Shown in pieces: positions 19,403-27,688 of a stretch of 37,985 nt of DNA. How positions within the stretch are numbered: position 1 is the stretch's first letter; every line of letters starts with the position of its first letter. Origin of the DNA: Candidatus Giovannonibacteria bacterium RIFCSPHIGHO2_02_FULL_45_13 (GTDB lineage: Bacteria; Patescibacteriota; Minisyncoccia; UBA11713; 2-01-FULL-45-33); contig MFHO01000019.1 in the NCBI GenBank assembly GCA_001778635.1, positions 1 to 37,985 of the forward strand, read 5' to 3'. The translations under genes and the position numbers were made by a program. Under the pieces are notes generated by a model. That model saw nothing but the letters and a program-made list of their open reading frames with translations. It did no database searches and was not told where the DNA came from.

Positions 19403-19470
19403 GAACTCCCTGCCCGCGATGCTACGCATGGCGTTGCAGGCGGGCGCACGATTGAGTATGTGAGATAAAA
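19403..19470 (+). repeat. Second copy of rny 3' end interrupted by a 36-bp hairpin element (19409-19444)
   Basis: GAACTC[36 bp]CGCACGATTGAGTATGTGAGATAAAA versus the MITE-free rny end GAACTCCGCGCGATTGAGTATGCGAGATAAAA (30/32 identical). Confidence 0.75.
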
Positions 19471-19523
19471 TGTAAAAGACGCCTATCTAGACGCCTTTAA
19501 ATGTTGAGGGGTGCGAGAAAACA

Positions 19524-19769
19524 TCATTTTATCTTCGATTTGCGTGTGCGCACAAAAGCAGCGCTTTCCACCAAATCAAGTCCCCAAGCAAAGCCCAAAA
19601 GAAGTATGCCTAGGGGGCCCAAGAGCGCGTACACAATGCAAATAAATTCATTTTTTGGGCCATATCTACAATGCCGCGCCTTAACTTGTGGCACGCTTAA
19701 CCTTTTGGCAAACCCGTAAGCTATAATTGCACACAAACACCAAAGAACTATCCAAATAATTGAATGCAT
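19524..19769 (-). CDS. Small hypothetical membrane protein (2 TM)
   Basis: Two hydrophobic segments; AAGGAGG RBS; TTGACA-17-TAATCT promoter. Confidence 0.65.
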   Translation of the reverse strand: MHSIIWIVLWCLCAIIAYGFAKRLSVPQVKARHCRYGPKNEFICIVYALLGPLGILLLGFAWGLDLVESAAFVRTRKSKIK

Positions 19770-19853
19770 TTATCCTCCTTTTCTTAAGATTAGCCGATGC
19801 CGTTACTTTTGTCAATAGCGACAGGGTGAAACAAAAATGGCACAATAAAGCCC

Positions 19854-20654
19854 ATGAAACTGCTTATTTTTGGAGACGTCTTCGGGAAACTTGGAAGAGA
19901 GGGAGTGAAACGGATGTTGCCGGTCTGGCGGGAGAAATTTTCACCGGATGTTGTTATTGCAAATGTTGAAAATATTGCGCACGGGAAAGGAATTGGGATG
20001 AAACAGATTCAGGAGTTGCGCGATGCCGGCGTTGATGTTTTTACCGGAGGCAACCATTCGTTTGAAGGAAAAGACTTTGAAAAGGTTTTGAATGACGAAA
20101 CCTTGCCGATTTTACGGCCGGCGAATATGGGGGAGGGGACTGCGGGGCGCGGCACGCTGATCTATGAAACAAAAAGCGGAGAGAAGCCCCTTGTCATAAA
20201 TCTTATAGGACAAGTGTTTATGAAACAGCAGTACGATAATCCTTTTCGCGCAATTGATAAAATTTTAGAAGAATACGGCGATACAACTCCATATAAAATT
20301 CTTGATTGGCACGCGGAAGCAACTTCGGAAAAAACTGTGATGGGTTGGTATTTGGATGGCAAGGTTTCCGCGGTTTTCGGGACGCATTCGCATGCGCCTA
20401 CGGCCGACGCAAAAATTTTACCAAAAGGCACTGCTTATATTTCTGATGTCGGCATGACAGGCCCTTACAATTCAGTGATCGGGGCAGAAATCGAGCCGGC
20501 CATACAAAGATTCAAAACCGGCGTAAAAAGCCCCATCCAGCCAGCCGAGGCGGGACCAATTGAAGTCAACGCGGTTTTTGTAGAAATTGACCCGGACGGA
20601 CACGCTGTGGATATCCGTCATTTGCGTGAAATTTTGCCAGAAGATAATATATAA
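19854..20654 (+). CDS. ymdB: YmdB-like metallophosphoesterase (TIGR00282 family)
   Basis: GDVFGKLGR, ANVEN, TGGNH, DWHAEATSEK, GTHSH, SDVGMTGP; rny-linked. Confidence 0.92.
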   Translation: MKLLIFGDVFGKLGREGVKRMLPVWREKFSPDVVIANVENIAHGKGIGMKQIQELRDAGVDVFTGGNHSFEGKDFEKVLNDETLPILRPANMGEGTAGRGTLIYETKSGEKPLVINLIGQVFMKQQYDNPFRAIDKILEEYGDTTPYKILDWHAEATSEKTVMGWYLDGKVSAVFGTHSHAPTADAKILPKGTAYISDVGMTGPYNSVIGAEIEPAIQRFKTGVKSPIQPAEAGPIEVNAVFVEIDPDGHAVDIRHLREILPEDNI

Positions 20655-20657
20655 CAT

Positions 20658-20945
20658 ATGAATAAAGCACAATTAGCAGAGAAGGTGTATGAGATGCACA
20701 CCAAAAACGGCGTGGATGTTTCAAAAAAGCACGCCGATGAGGTCGTTGATTTTGTTTTTGACACTATCTCCGGCGCTCTTAAAAACGGAGAGGAGGTTTC
20801 CATCGCCGGTTTTGGAGCGTTTGTCGTAAAACAGCGAAAAGCCCGAACGGCTCGTAATCCTCGCACCGGAGAAGTTATCCAAGTGCCAGCGATGAATGTT
20901 CCTCGTTTCAAAGCCGGGAAGGCTCTGAAAGAGGCGGTAAGATAA
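20658..20945 (+). CDS. hup: HU family DNA-binding protein
   Basis: MNKAQL...GEEVSIAGFGAF...RTARNPRTGE...PRFKAGKALKEAV. Confidence 0.95.
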   Translation: MNKAQLAEKVYEMHTKNGVDVSKKHADEVVDFVFDTISGALKNGEEVSIAGFGAFVVKQRKARTARNPRTGEVIQVPAMNVPRFKAGKALKEAVR

Positions 20946-20959
20946 ATTCTGCGAAATCC

Positions 20960-20995
20960 AAATCAAAACTTCGGCTCTTGCCGAAGTTTTGATTT
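20960..20995 (+). terminator. Intrinsic terminator after HU
   Basis: AAATCAAAACTTCGGC-tctt-GCCGAAGTTTTGATTT. Confidence 0.75.
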
Positions 20996-21030
20996 CAGCT
21001 AGAATCTAAGAAGAAAGCCTTGGCTTTAAA

Positions 21031-21630
21031 GTGCGCCAAAAAATTTGGGCCGGGTGTAAATTTGTCGTGCCATTTACCATAATCCTTTATGCTTTTGGCA
21101 TGCTCTTGGATTTGATGGAAGAATTTTGGTCAAAACTGCTGTTCTCGCATATTAAAATTCTTGAAGCGAATGCGCCGTTGTGGATGATTTCTTTTCTCAG
21201 TATAATTTTAACTTTAGCTTTGCTACTTTTTGTCGGTTGTATTGTAGAAACCGACAAATTCAAACGGATATTCAAATACGTTGCCGGCAAAATACCAATT
21301 CTTAATTTAATTTGGAGCGCCAAAGAAGAAGAGGCTGTGACTCCGGTGCTTTTCCAACATCCGATAGAAGGAGAATGGAAAATCGGATACCTTTTAGGCA
21401 AACAGAAACTCAGCGATGGCCGGGTGTTTCATAGAGTTTATTTTTTTACCGGAATAGGCGATCACGAACTGATAGATGCAAACAGGCCAGATCTTCTTAT
21501 CAAGCTCGCTAATCCTCCGCAAGAAATTATAAAATTGATTGCTTCTCTTATGGTACACGGCCCCGAAGAACTGAAAATCTTAAAAGAAAATCGTCCGGAC
21601 AATCCCCAAAAACCCGCCACGAAACCTTAG
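21031..21630 (+). CDS. DUF502-like membrane protein
   Basis: Two TM segments, then IPILNLIW, PVLFQHP..G.WKIGY, VYFFT pattern; terminator-like hairpin at about 21610-21645. Confidence 0.6.
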   Translation: MRQKIWAGCKFVVPFTIILYAFGMLLDLMEEFWSKLLFSHIKILEANAPLWMISFLSIILTLALLLFVGCIVETDKFKRIFKYVAGKIPILNLIWSAKEEEAVTPVLFQHPIEGEWKIGYLLGKQKLSDGRVFHRVYFFTGIGDHELIDANRPDLLIKLANPPQEIIKLIASLMVHGPEELKILKENRPDNPQKPATKP

Positions 21631-21761
21631 CGGGTTTTTATTTTTTTAAAAAACTTCGCACTTTTATAGACGACGTTAGAACCTGCTTTGTGTTGCAAAA
21701 ACGGCCGATATTGTTAAAGTGAGAACAGATAAGTTTTTTAACAATATCAGAGGTTTACCGA

Positions 21762-22283
21762 ATGGAACAATATTGGATGCCCAAGAAATTGGATTTTAAA
21801 AATTTAAGATTGTGCCTAGATAACCATTCCGCCGATTTTCTGTATATTAGATTGGTTGGATCAGCGGGCGGTACGGTAAAAGTAAATGAAAAATTAGAAG
21901 GCCGAACGCTTGATTTTAGAAAAGACAAAGCGGGTTTGTGTCTACTTATCGATTCAAACGACGCGTTTCATTTCCCTCTAGATGATTACCAAAAGGGGTT
22001 TTCTCTGGCATATGAAAGAATATTGGATGACGGAAGGGTGCACATACCCGGCGGTATTTCAGATAATCCTTATGACCCGAATCTCCCAGAGCCAAAAAGA
22101 TCGTTTTTGAGACACGTGCTGGATAACCATCTGATGGAGATTTTCTTTAAGGGCAGAGTAAATATCAAATTCCATTCCTGGTGGATTAAACCACATTGGA
22201 AATACTGGACAATTGATAAACCTGGCAACATTCAAGAAATCATATCAAAACAACAAATTGAGTATGAAGAAGAAGATTCTTAA
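21762..22283 (+). CDS. Hypothetical protein in tRNA-Gly-adjacent island
   Basis: 173-aa ORF with AGAGGT RBS; no recognisable motif. Confidence 0.7.
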   Translation: MEQYWMPKKLDFKNLRLCLDNHSADFLYIRLVGSAGGTVKVNEKLEGRTLDFRKDKAGLCLLIDSNDAFHFPLDDYQKGFSLAYERILDDGRVHIPGGISDNPYDPNLPEPKRSFLRHVLDNHLMEIFFKGRVNIKFHSWWIKPHWKYWTIDKPGNIQEIISKQQIEYEEEDS

Positions 22284-22583
22284 AAATCAAAGCAACCATC
22301 TTTCGAGCTGCTCCTTTGGGAGCAGTTTTTTATCAGAGAGCATATTAGTTAGAACCTCAACCAAACCACCAAAAAACCGTTTCTTTTTCAGAAGATTTCA
22401 TTTTAGTGATCAAAAAGTTTCTCATTCCCTATACGGGGCAATGAGACGATGTTAGCCGCCCTCTGGGCGAGCCTCGCCCCCGCCTTGCCAGTCAAAGGCT
22501 GGCGGGCGAGGAGGCGGGAACCTCCGAGATTTCTGAAATCCAAATGGCGATTGATGTGCGAGAGCGTCAAAAGTCCACTATTG

Positions 22584-22654
22584 TGCGGGATGGGGGAATC
22601 GAACCCCCGTCCAGAGTTTGGAAAACTCTTATTCTGCCATTAAACTAATCCCGC
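22584..22654 (-). tRNA. tRNA-Gly (anticodon TCC)
   Basis: GCGGGAT acceptor stem, AGAGT-TTTCCAA-ACTCT anticodon arm, GGGGG-TTCGATT-CCCCC T arm; CCA not fully encoded. Confidence 0.95.
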
Positions 22655-22668
22655 GCGATTTAGAAATT

Positions 22669-23460
22669 CTAGAATTTTTCGCCGGAAATGTAAATGATAA
22701 TATCAAAAATAAAAAGAAGTATTATTATTACTTCCAGAAAATTTGAGCGGCTGCCCTGAAGAGCGGTAAGCGCGAATTCGGAATTGTCTCTCGCAAACCC
22801 GATTTTGTATTCTACGTTTCGGAATCTGGGACGCAGATCAAAAATATCAGCAAGCTGTGAAAACAAAGTCTCCAGTCGTTCATTTTCCCAAGTGATGTCG
22901 GGCTTGTCCAAAAGCGAAAGCTTGGAGATGACAAACTGGATAATGTTATTATTTTGTCCCACTAACCGCAGAACGCCTTTTGTGGTTTTTAGAAATCTCC
23001 CCCTTTTTTCCAGCCCGGCGTTCATTGCTTCCAAGTTAGACAGAATTTCATCTGTTAAATCTTCAATATATTCAAGCGCCACGGACTGCGCCAAAATTCT
23101 TGCCGCGATTTCCGTCTCCCCTATTCCGACGACCGGCAAGTCAGCCGCATCCTCGCCAACATTAAATTTTCTTTCCATTTCGCGCAAAGCATAAGACTCA
23201 TCGTAGGATTTTTTGACCGGGTTTATCAAAAATTTAGCCAGCGATCGTTTGGTCGCGGTCTGTGTATCTTTGGCGACATTTGCAAAAACAACCGCGCCGA
23301 AAGAAAAAATAAACAGGAACTCGTGCGGTCCGAGCATATATGTCAAAAATTCCCTCCTGCGGCCGATGAGGTTTTTATCCAGCTTATCCGCAGCCTTGGC
23401 TATATTTATCTCTTTAGCCAAATAATGCGCCTCTAAATTGTATTCTTTGTAGTCCTGCAC
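22669..23460 (-). CDS. RMD1/YagE (DUF155) family protein
   Basis: FIFSFGAVVFAN, LAQSVALEY.E, LLDKPDITWENE.LE.L, RF..VEYK, LEVIIILLF. Confidence 0.85.
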   Translation of the reverse strand: MQDYKEYNLEAHYLAKEINIAKAADKLDKNLIGRRREFLTYMLGPHEFLFIFSFGAVVFANVAKDTQTATKRSLAKFLINPVKKSYDESYALREMERKFNVGEDAADLPVVGIGETEIAARILAQSVALEYIEDLTDEILSNLEAMNAGLEKRGRFLKTTKGVLRLVGQNNNIIQFVISKLSLLDKPDITWENERLETLFSQLADIFDLRPRFRNVEYKIGFARDNSEFALTALQGSRSNFLEVIIILLFIFDIIIYISGEKF

Positions 23461-23489
23461 GCTATCATTTTACCACGGTTTTCATGTTT

Positions 23490-23560
23490 TCGGGCTGCTG
23501 GGAATCGAACCCAGTCTAACTGCTCCCAAAGCAGTCGTACCACCATCATACGCCAGCCCG
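23490..23560 (-). tRNA. tRNA-Pro (anticodon TGG), atypical D-arm
   Basis: CGGGCTG/CAGCCCG acceptor stem, ACTGC-TTTGGGA-GCAGT anticodon arm, CTGGG-TTCGATT-CCCAG T arm. Confidence 0.9.
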
Positions 23561-23570
23561 CCAATCTTAT

Positions 23571-24317
23571 TTATACTCCTTTAATCGCTCCGAGCCAAGC
23601 CAGTTCAAAAATAGAGCGCTGTGTTTCGGCGATTTTTTCGCTTTCAATAATCACGCCGATTTTTTCGGGAAATGAAAAAATGGCCACTTTATTATTATAA
23701 ATATTTATCTCATTGCTAAAAATAAACCGCTCTTTGGGAATCAAAATCATATGCCGCAGTTCTTCTTTGTCTCTTTTAACATACTCCTGCGCGTCATTCG
23801 TATTCGGTACCAATCCGCGGATATTTATTTTTCTTTTGGCCCTTTCCTTTACATAATCTTTTATAAAATCGCGCGGCATAGCATACCACATATCATCAAT
23901 AGACCCGTAAACCAAAATCGTTCCTTTGCTTTCCAAAGTATTCCAATACATAGCTTTTAACCCCTCCACTCCGTCATAAAATTTTACGCGCGGTTTTCTG
24001 CCGCCGGTTTGTAAAAGCAATTTAAGGTCAGGTAAGGCTCTGGTTAGAGCTTCTTCGCGGGTTTTCAGTAATCCCAAAACTACTTCCGGGTCTTCGGCTA
24101 CAAAATAGCGTTTTTTGTCGCGAATGCTTTGCAAAAAAAGCCCCTTTCTTTCAAGTTCCCGTATAACATCGTAAGCGGTAGGGCGTTTAATGCCGGCCTC
24201 CTTTGCCAATTGTTGCAAACTCGCCTCACCAAGCTCAAGGCCTGCCAAATACAAACCAGCCTCTTTTTCATTAAGGCCTGCCCCCGATAAAAGCGCTAAA
24301 AGCTGTGTGTTTTGCAT
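23571..24317 (-). CDS. TrmB family transcriptional regulator
   Basis: GLNEKEAGLYLAGLELG...IKRPTAYDVI..L..KGL HTH; KPRVKFYDGVEGLK; EINIYNNKV; IFELAW. Upstream palindrome TTGTCG-N7-CGACAA (24321-24339). Confidence 0.88.
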   Translation of the reverse strand: MQNTQLLALLSGAGLNEKEAGLYLAGLELGEASLQQLAKEAGIKRPTAYDVIRELERKGLFLQSIRDKKRYFVAEDPEVVLGLLKTREEALTRALPDLKLLLQTGGRKPRVKFYDGVEGLKAMYWNTLESKGTILVYGSIDDMWYAMPRDFIKDYVKERAKRKINIRGLVPNTNDAQEYVKRDKEELRHMILIPKERFIFSNEINIYNNKVAIFSFPEKIGVIIESEKIAETQRSIFELAWLGAIKGV

Positions 24318-24409
24318 ATTTTGTCGCTCTTTTCGACAACACTTTTAGTCTAATATGGCTTTAAAAATAAAGCAAATGGGCTAAAATCCTGCGAGCTAAG
24401 TCGCTAGTA

Positions 24410-24438
24410 TTGACATTATAAATGATTTACGCTAAAAT
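24410..24438 (+). promoter_or_regulatory. Sigma70 promoter for two-gene orphan operon
   Basis: TTGACA, 17 nt, TAAAAT. Confidence 0.7.
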
Positions 24439-24509
24439 CAATGTAGAAATGTAGAAAAGACAGATCTCTGAAAACCAACCACAAACCAACCAAAAAGGAG
24501 GGCAGGAAA

Positions 24510-25037
24510 ATGGCAAAAAGAATAGTTACGCGCATTGTGTGGCATTTCTGCGAAGGAATCCCGGTACCGGTGCTACCCGCAGAAAAGCGGTGGTTCGCGG
24601 CACGCCCATATCTGCTTCACGGAGTAATTGGAGAGCTCACAAACACAAAAGGGTCGTTTTGGTTCGATATCCGGCGGCGGGATTGGGAATACTTCCAAAA
24701 TAATAGTTTTTGGGTTGATTTCTTCAAAGAAGAGCTGGATAAGAAAATTTTTACCGCCGTATGGTTAGACAACGACAATAGTTTCCGCAACCATTTTTGC
24801 TCTGGCCACCTACGTTTTGATTTTGAGCCAACGAAAACCGGCAATTTCCCGGGCAAAGTTTTTGATGATAAGGATTTTCTCGATACGGCCCTGGATCACT
24901 GCGTGCTGATTTTTAAGCGGCTTGGGGTTGAAATAAAAAAGTTCCCACTCATAGGCAAAGTTATGCAGGAGCATGGCCACGATCAAGCGTTGAATAGATA
25001 CGGAAACGCCCTGAATCGAAACGGTTTGTCGTATTAA
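24510..25037 (+). CDS. Hypothetical protein
   Basis: AAGGAGG RBS and upstream promoter; 175 aa. Confidence 0.7.
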   Translation: MAKRIVTRIVWHFCEGIPVPVLPAEKRWFAARPYLLHGVIGELTNTKGSFWFDIRRRDWEYFQNNSFWVDFFKEELDKKIFTAVWLDNDNSFRNHFCSGHLRFDFEPTKTGNFPGKVFDDKDFLDTALDHCVLIFKRLGVEIKKFPLIGKVMQEHGHDQALNRYGNALNRNGLSY

Positions 25038-25063
25038 CCAATCAAAAAAAGGATGGCAAGAAA

Positions 25064-25351
25064 ATGAAAAAAACCAAGCAGGGTTTATTGAGGGCGCACA
25101 TCTACGAAGGCGCTTCTTACATAGTAACGATATGTGGGAAAGGTTTAGAAGCAGAGCGGCAACTGGGAAGGATTCATTTGGATTTTGAATTGGCTAAAGT
25201 TGAACACGAGTTCTACGTAAAACATGAAGAAGGCCGATCGGTTGATCAAGACGTTTCGGTCCTCACCATAGATTTCGAAAAAATCTGCAGCGCTTTAGAT
25301 CCACGCCATATCGCATTCAGAAAATCTGCAGAACGGTTCATGAAAAGCTGA
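25064..25351 (+). CDS. Hypothetical protein
   Basis: AAGGA RBS; followed by a terminator. Confidence 0.65.
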   Translation: MKKTKQGLLRAHIYEGASYIVTICGKGLEAERQLGRIHLDFELAKVEHEFYVKHEEGRSVDQDVSVLTIDFEKICSALDPRHIAFRKSAERFMKS

Positions 25352-25363
25352 ACCAAAAGGCCC

Positions 25364-25394
25364 AAAAGGCGCGGAATAATCCGCGCCTTTTTTC
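25364..25394. terminator. Bidirectional intrinsic terminator
   Basis: AAAAGGCGCGGA-ataa-TCCGCGCCTTTTTT. Confidence 0.8.
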
Positions 25395-25423
25395 TTTTTC
25401 ACAAATTCACATTCTCCAGTAGT

Positions 25424-26350
25424 CTAATTTTTACGCTCTAAGATCTTATAACCTTCCAAAATTGCGTCGCAGAGAAAATCTTCAAGCAAACTTGTGTCGT
25501 TCTGCGTTTGCGCTTTATGTAGGTAAGTAGTATACAATCGGCGTTTTTCCTGAAGTATTACAACAGGCGCAAGGTTCGCCCTGATTGCCATCGCGTGCAT
25601 CAAAAGCCTGCCGATACGGCCGTTTCCGTCGGCAAAAGGGTGAATTTTTTCAAACTCACCGTGCGTGGCAGCAATGCGCTTAATCTCATCCGGAATTTTT
25701 CTGCCTAATTTATCCGCAAAATTCTCCATCAAATTAGGAATTTTTAAATAATTTGCCGTCGGGACATTGGATCCCGTTATCCTTACTCCATGATTGCGGT
25801 AACTTCCTGCATCCGGACGAATCGCATTCATTAAAATTGCGTGCAACTTTAAAATAAGCGCTTCATTTAAAAACTTTTTTTCGGATAAATATTGGAATAA
25901 ATATTCCAGCGCCGCTTGATGGTTTTTGGCTTCCAATTGCTCAATCAAGCTCTTATTTGGCAAAGCCGCGTTTTCGAATAAAATTGCGGCAGTTTCGTTT
26001 TCAGAAAGAGTACTGCCCTCAATGCGGTTGGTATTGTACGTCAAAGACAGATAAAACCGATCGCGAATATCCGGATTGTCAAGGATTTCACTCAGAACAT
26101 TTTTATGGCCTTGGCGTTTTTGAAGCACCATGCCCTTTTTTGCGCCAAGAACCGACTCTGGCACGTGTTTCTCACCGGAATATTCTTTGTATAATTCATC
26201 AATTTTTTCTTGAGCTTTTTTTCTGGGTACCGCCTTGCCATTAATCCAGCGATTAAGAGCGGCGAAAGTAACGCCTAAACGACGGGCCAATTCTTCTTGA
26301 GTAAGCCCGGAAAGCTTTAGCAGTATTTGTAATTTCTCCTTTATGGTCAC
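25424..26350 (-). CDS. Fic family protein with N-terminal XRE-type HTH
   Basis: LTQEELARRLGVTFAALNRWING HTH; TYNTNRIEGSTL; Fic motif HPFADGNGRIGR. Confidence 0.93.
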   Translation of the reverse strand: MTIKEKLQILLKLSGLTQEELARRLGVTFAALNRWINGKAVPRKKAQEKIDELYKEYSGEKHVPESVLGAKKGMVLQKRQGHKNVLSEILDNPDIRDRFYLSLTYNTNRIEGSTLSENETAAILFENAALPNKSLIEQLEAKNHQAALEYLFQYLSEKKFLNEALILKLHAILMNAIRPDAGSYRNHGVRITGSNVPTANYLKIPNLMENFADKLGRKIPDEIKRIAATHGEFEKIHPFADGNGRIGRLLMHAMAIRANLAPVVILQEKRRLYTTYLHKAQTQNDTSLLEDFLCDAILEGYKILERKN

Positions 26351-26356
26351 AATGCT

Positions 26357-26385
26357 ATATTAGCAAACTATATATAGTTTGTCAA
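26357..26385 (-). promoter_or_regulatory. fic promoter with perfect 18-bp palindromic operator
   Basis: TTGACA, 17 nt, TAATAT, 6 nt, GTG. CAAACTATATATAGTTTG (26364-26381) fills the spacer; partial second copy at about 26394-26409. Confidence 0.7.
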
Positions 26386-26418
26386 AAATAAGGAAACATA
26401 TATAGTTTTTAGCAGAAA

Positions 26419-27030
26419 TCAAATGCGTTTTAGTATGCGTTTTTTGAAATCGGCGTATTGTTTTTTATTTAAACCGAGCTCTTCTGTTTCTGCCGCAGAG
26501 TTTAACAATTCTTTTAGCTCCAGCAATAAGTTCCCAAAACTAAATTTTTCTAAGATATCGCGCAAATTATTAAAATCCACGCCATCAAAATATAACAAGC
26601 TGATTATATCAATTTTGTCTTTTTGTCCTTTTAAATTGCTTTTTCTTTGGCTGTAAGTATATATTTTTAAACAAAGCAAAATTTCTTTGGTGGGCACCTT
26701 AAATCCTTCGATTGAGACCGAATTTTGTAAAATATAATCTAGCGACAATCCAAGTTGGGACCAAAAAGCAACATAAATATCAACGTCGAATCCCTCCATT
26801 TTAATTTCGTATTTTTGAAGCCGTTCGTTTTTTACCACGTCAAAATCTTTTTTTAGACGCCCCAAGGTTTCTGCGCCGACAACAATATCTATGTCTTTGG
26901 ATTTAAGCTGTTTTGTGTACAAAAAAACCGCCCATCCGCCAATCAGAACGAAATCGTATTTTTTTCTTAGTTCTTGCAAAACGCGGAAGCTCTTCTCCGT
27001 TATAAATTCGTGCCAAAATGCATCGGCCAT
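26419..27030 (-). CDS. Nucleotidyltransferase (DNA pol-beta superfamily; AbiEii/type IV TA toxin-like)
   Basis: FVLIGGWAVFLY...SKDIDIVV...DVDIY...K...R...KD.ID motifs. Confidence 0.75.
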   Translation of the reverse strand: MADAFWHEFITEKSFRVLQELRKKYDFVLIGGWAVFLYTKQLKSKDIDIVVGAETLGRLKKDFDVVKNERLQKYEIKMEGFDVDIYVAFWSQLGLSLDYILQNSVSIEGFKVPTKEILLCLKIYTYSQRKSNLKGQKDKIDIISLLYFDGVDFNNLRDILEKFSFGNLLLELKELLNSAAETEELGLNKKQYADFKKRILKRI

Positions 27031-27034
27031 ATAT

Positions 27035-27625
27035 TTATTTTATTTCTTCTTCCATAGCCTTTAAAAAATCTTTTGCGTACCATTCCGGCGCGTTCCAAAT
27101 ATCAACAAAAATTTGTTCGTATAGCGGTGCCGGATATTTTAATAGCCATGGATCCTGTTTTATCACAAAAAAATTGTGGCGTGGCAGATTATCTTTGTGT
27201 TCTGAAATTCTTTTAAGTAATTTTTCCAAATCTTTTTCATCGGCATAAACATATAAGTGGTCATATTCTGCCGGAGTACTGCCATAAAAAATTGAAAATC
27301 CACTAAAAGCGCCGAATATTGTTCCAGGAGGCATTATCCCTTCCAACGTTTTTATGTCGCTGTTAAAATGTGCGGAATAAATAATTTCTTTTTTAATATT
27401 GCGTTCTGATGCCCAGAGATAAAGCAGTTTGCGATAATTTTCCAAAGCAAAAAAACGCCCTCCCACTTTTATGATATTGGCGGATCTTAATGGTTTTAGC
27501 GCGTTAAAAATTGTGCTTAGCGAAAAACCGAACTTTAGAGCAAGCTCTTTTTGGGTAAATTTTATTTTTTTGTTTTGTCTGGCTTGGAATAGAATTTCCC
27601 GCCAGATCACCTCCTTTTTAAGCAT
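27035..27625 (-). CDS. Winged-helix DNA-binding protein (AbiEi/type IV antitoxin-like)
   Basis: FTQKELALKFGFSLSTIFNALKPL HTH; C-terminal QIFVDIWN; coupled upstream of the NTase. Confidence 0.7.
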   Translation of the reverse strand: MLKKEVIWREILFQARQNKKIKFTQKELALKFGFSLSTIFNALKPLRSANIIKVGGRFFALENYRKLLYLWASERNIKKEIIYSAHFNSDIKTLEGIMPPGTIFGAFSGFSIFYGSTPAEYDHLYVYADEKDLEKLLKRISEHKDNLPRHNFFVIKQDPWLLKYPAPLYEQIFVDIWNAPEWYAKDFLKAMEEEIK

Positions 27626-27688
27626 AGTTTCGATTTTATACCACTAAAAACCACCTCATTTCTATACTAATCGAAACGAGTATTTCGG

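Noticed and set aside
22449-22643. 64-aa ORF ending CGMGESNPRPEFGKLLFCH
   Set aside because: Its C-terminus is the antisense reading of tRNA-Gly, so it is not called as an intact gene.
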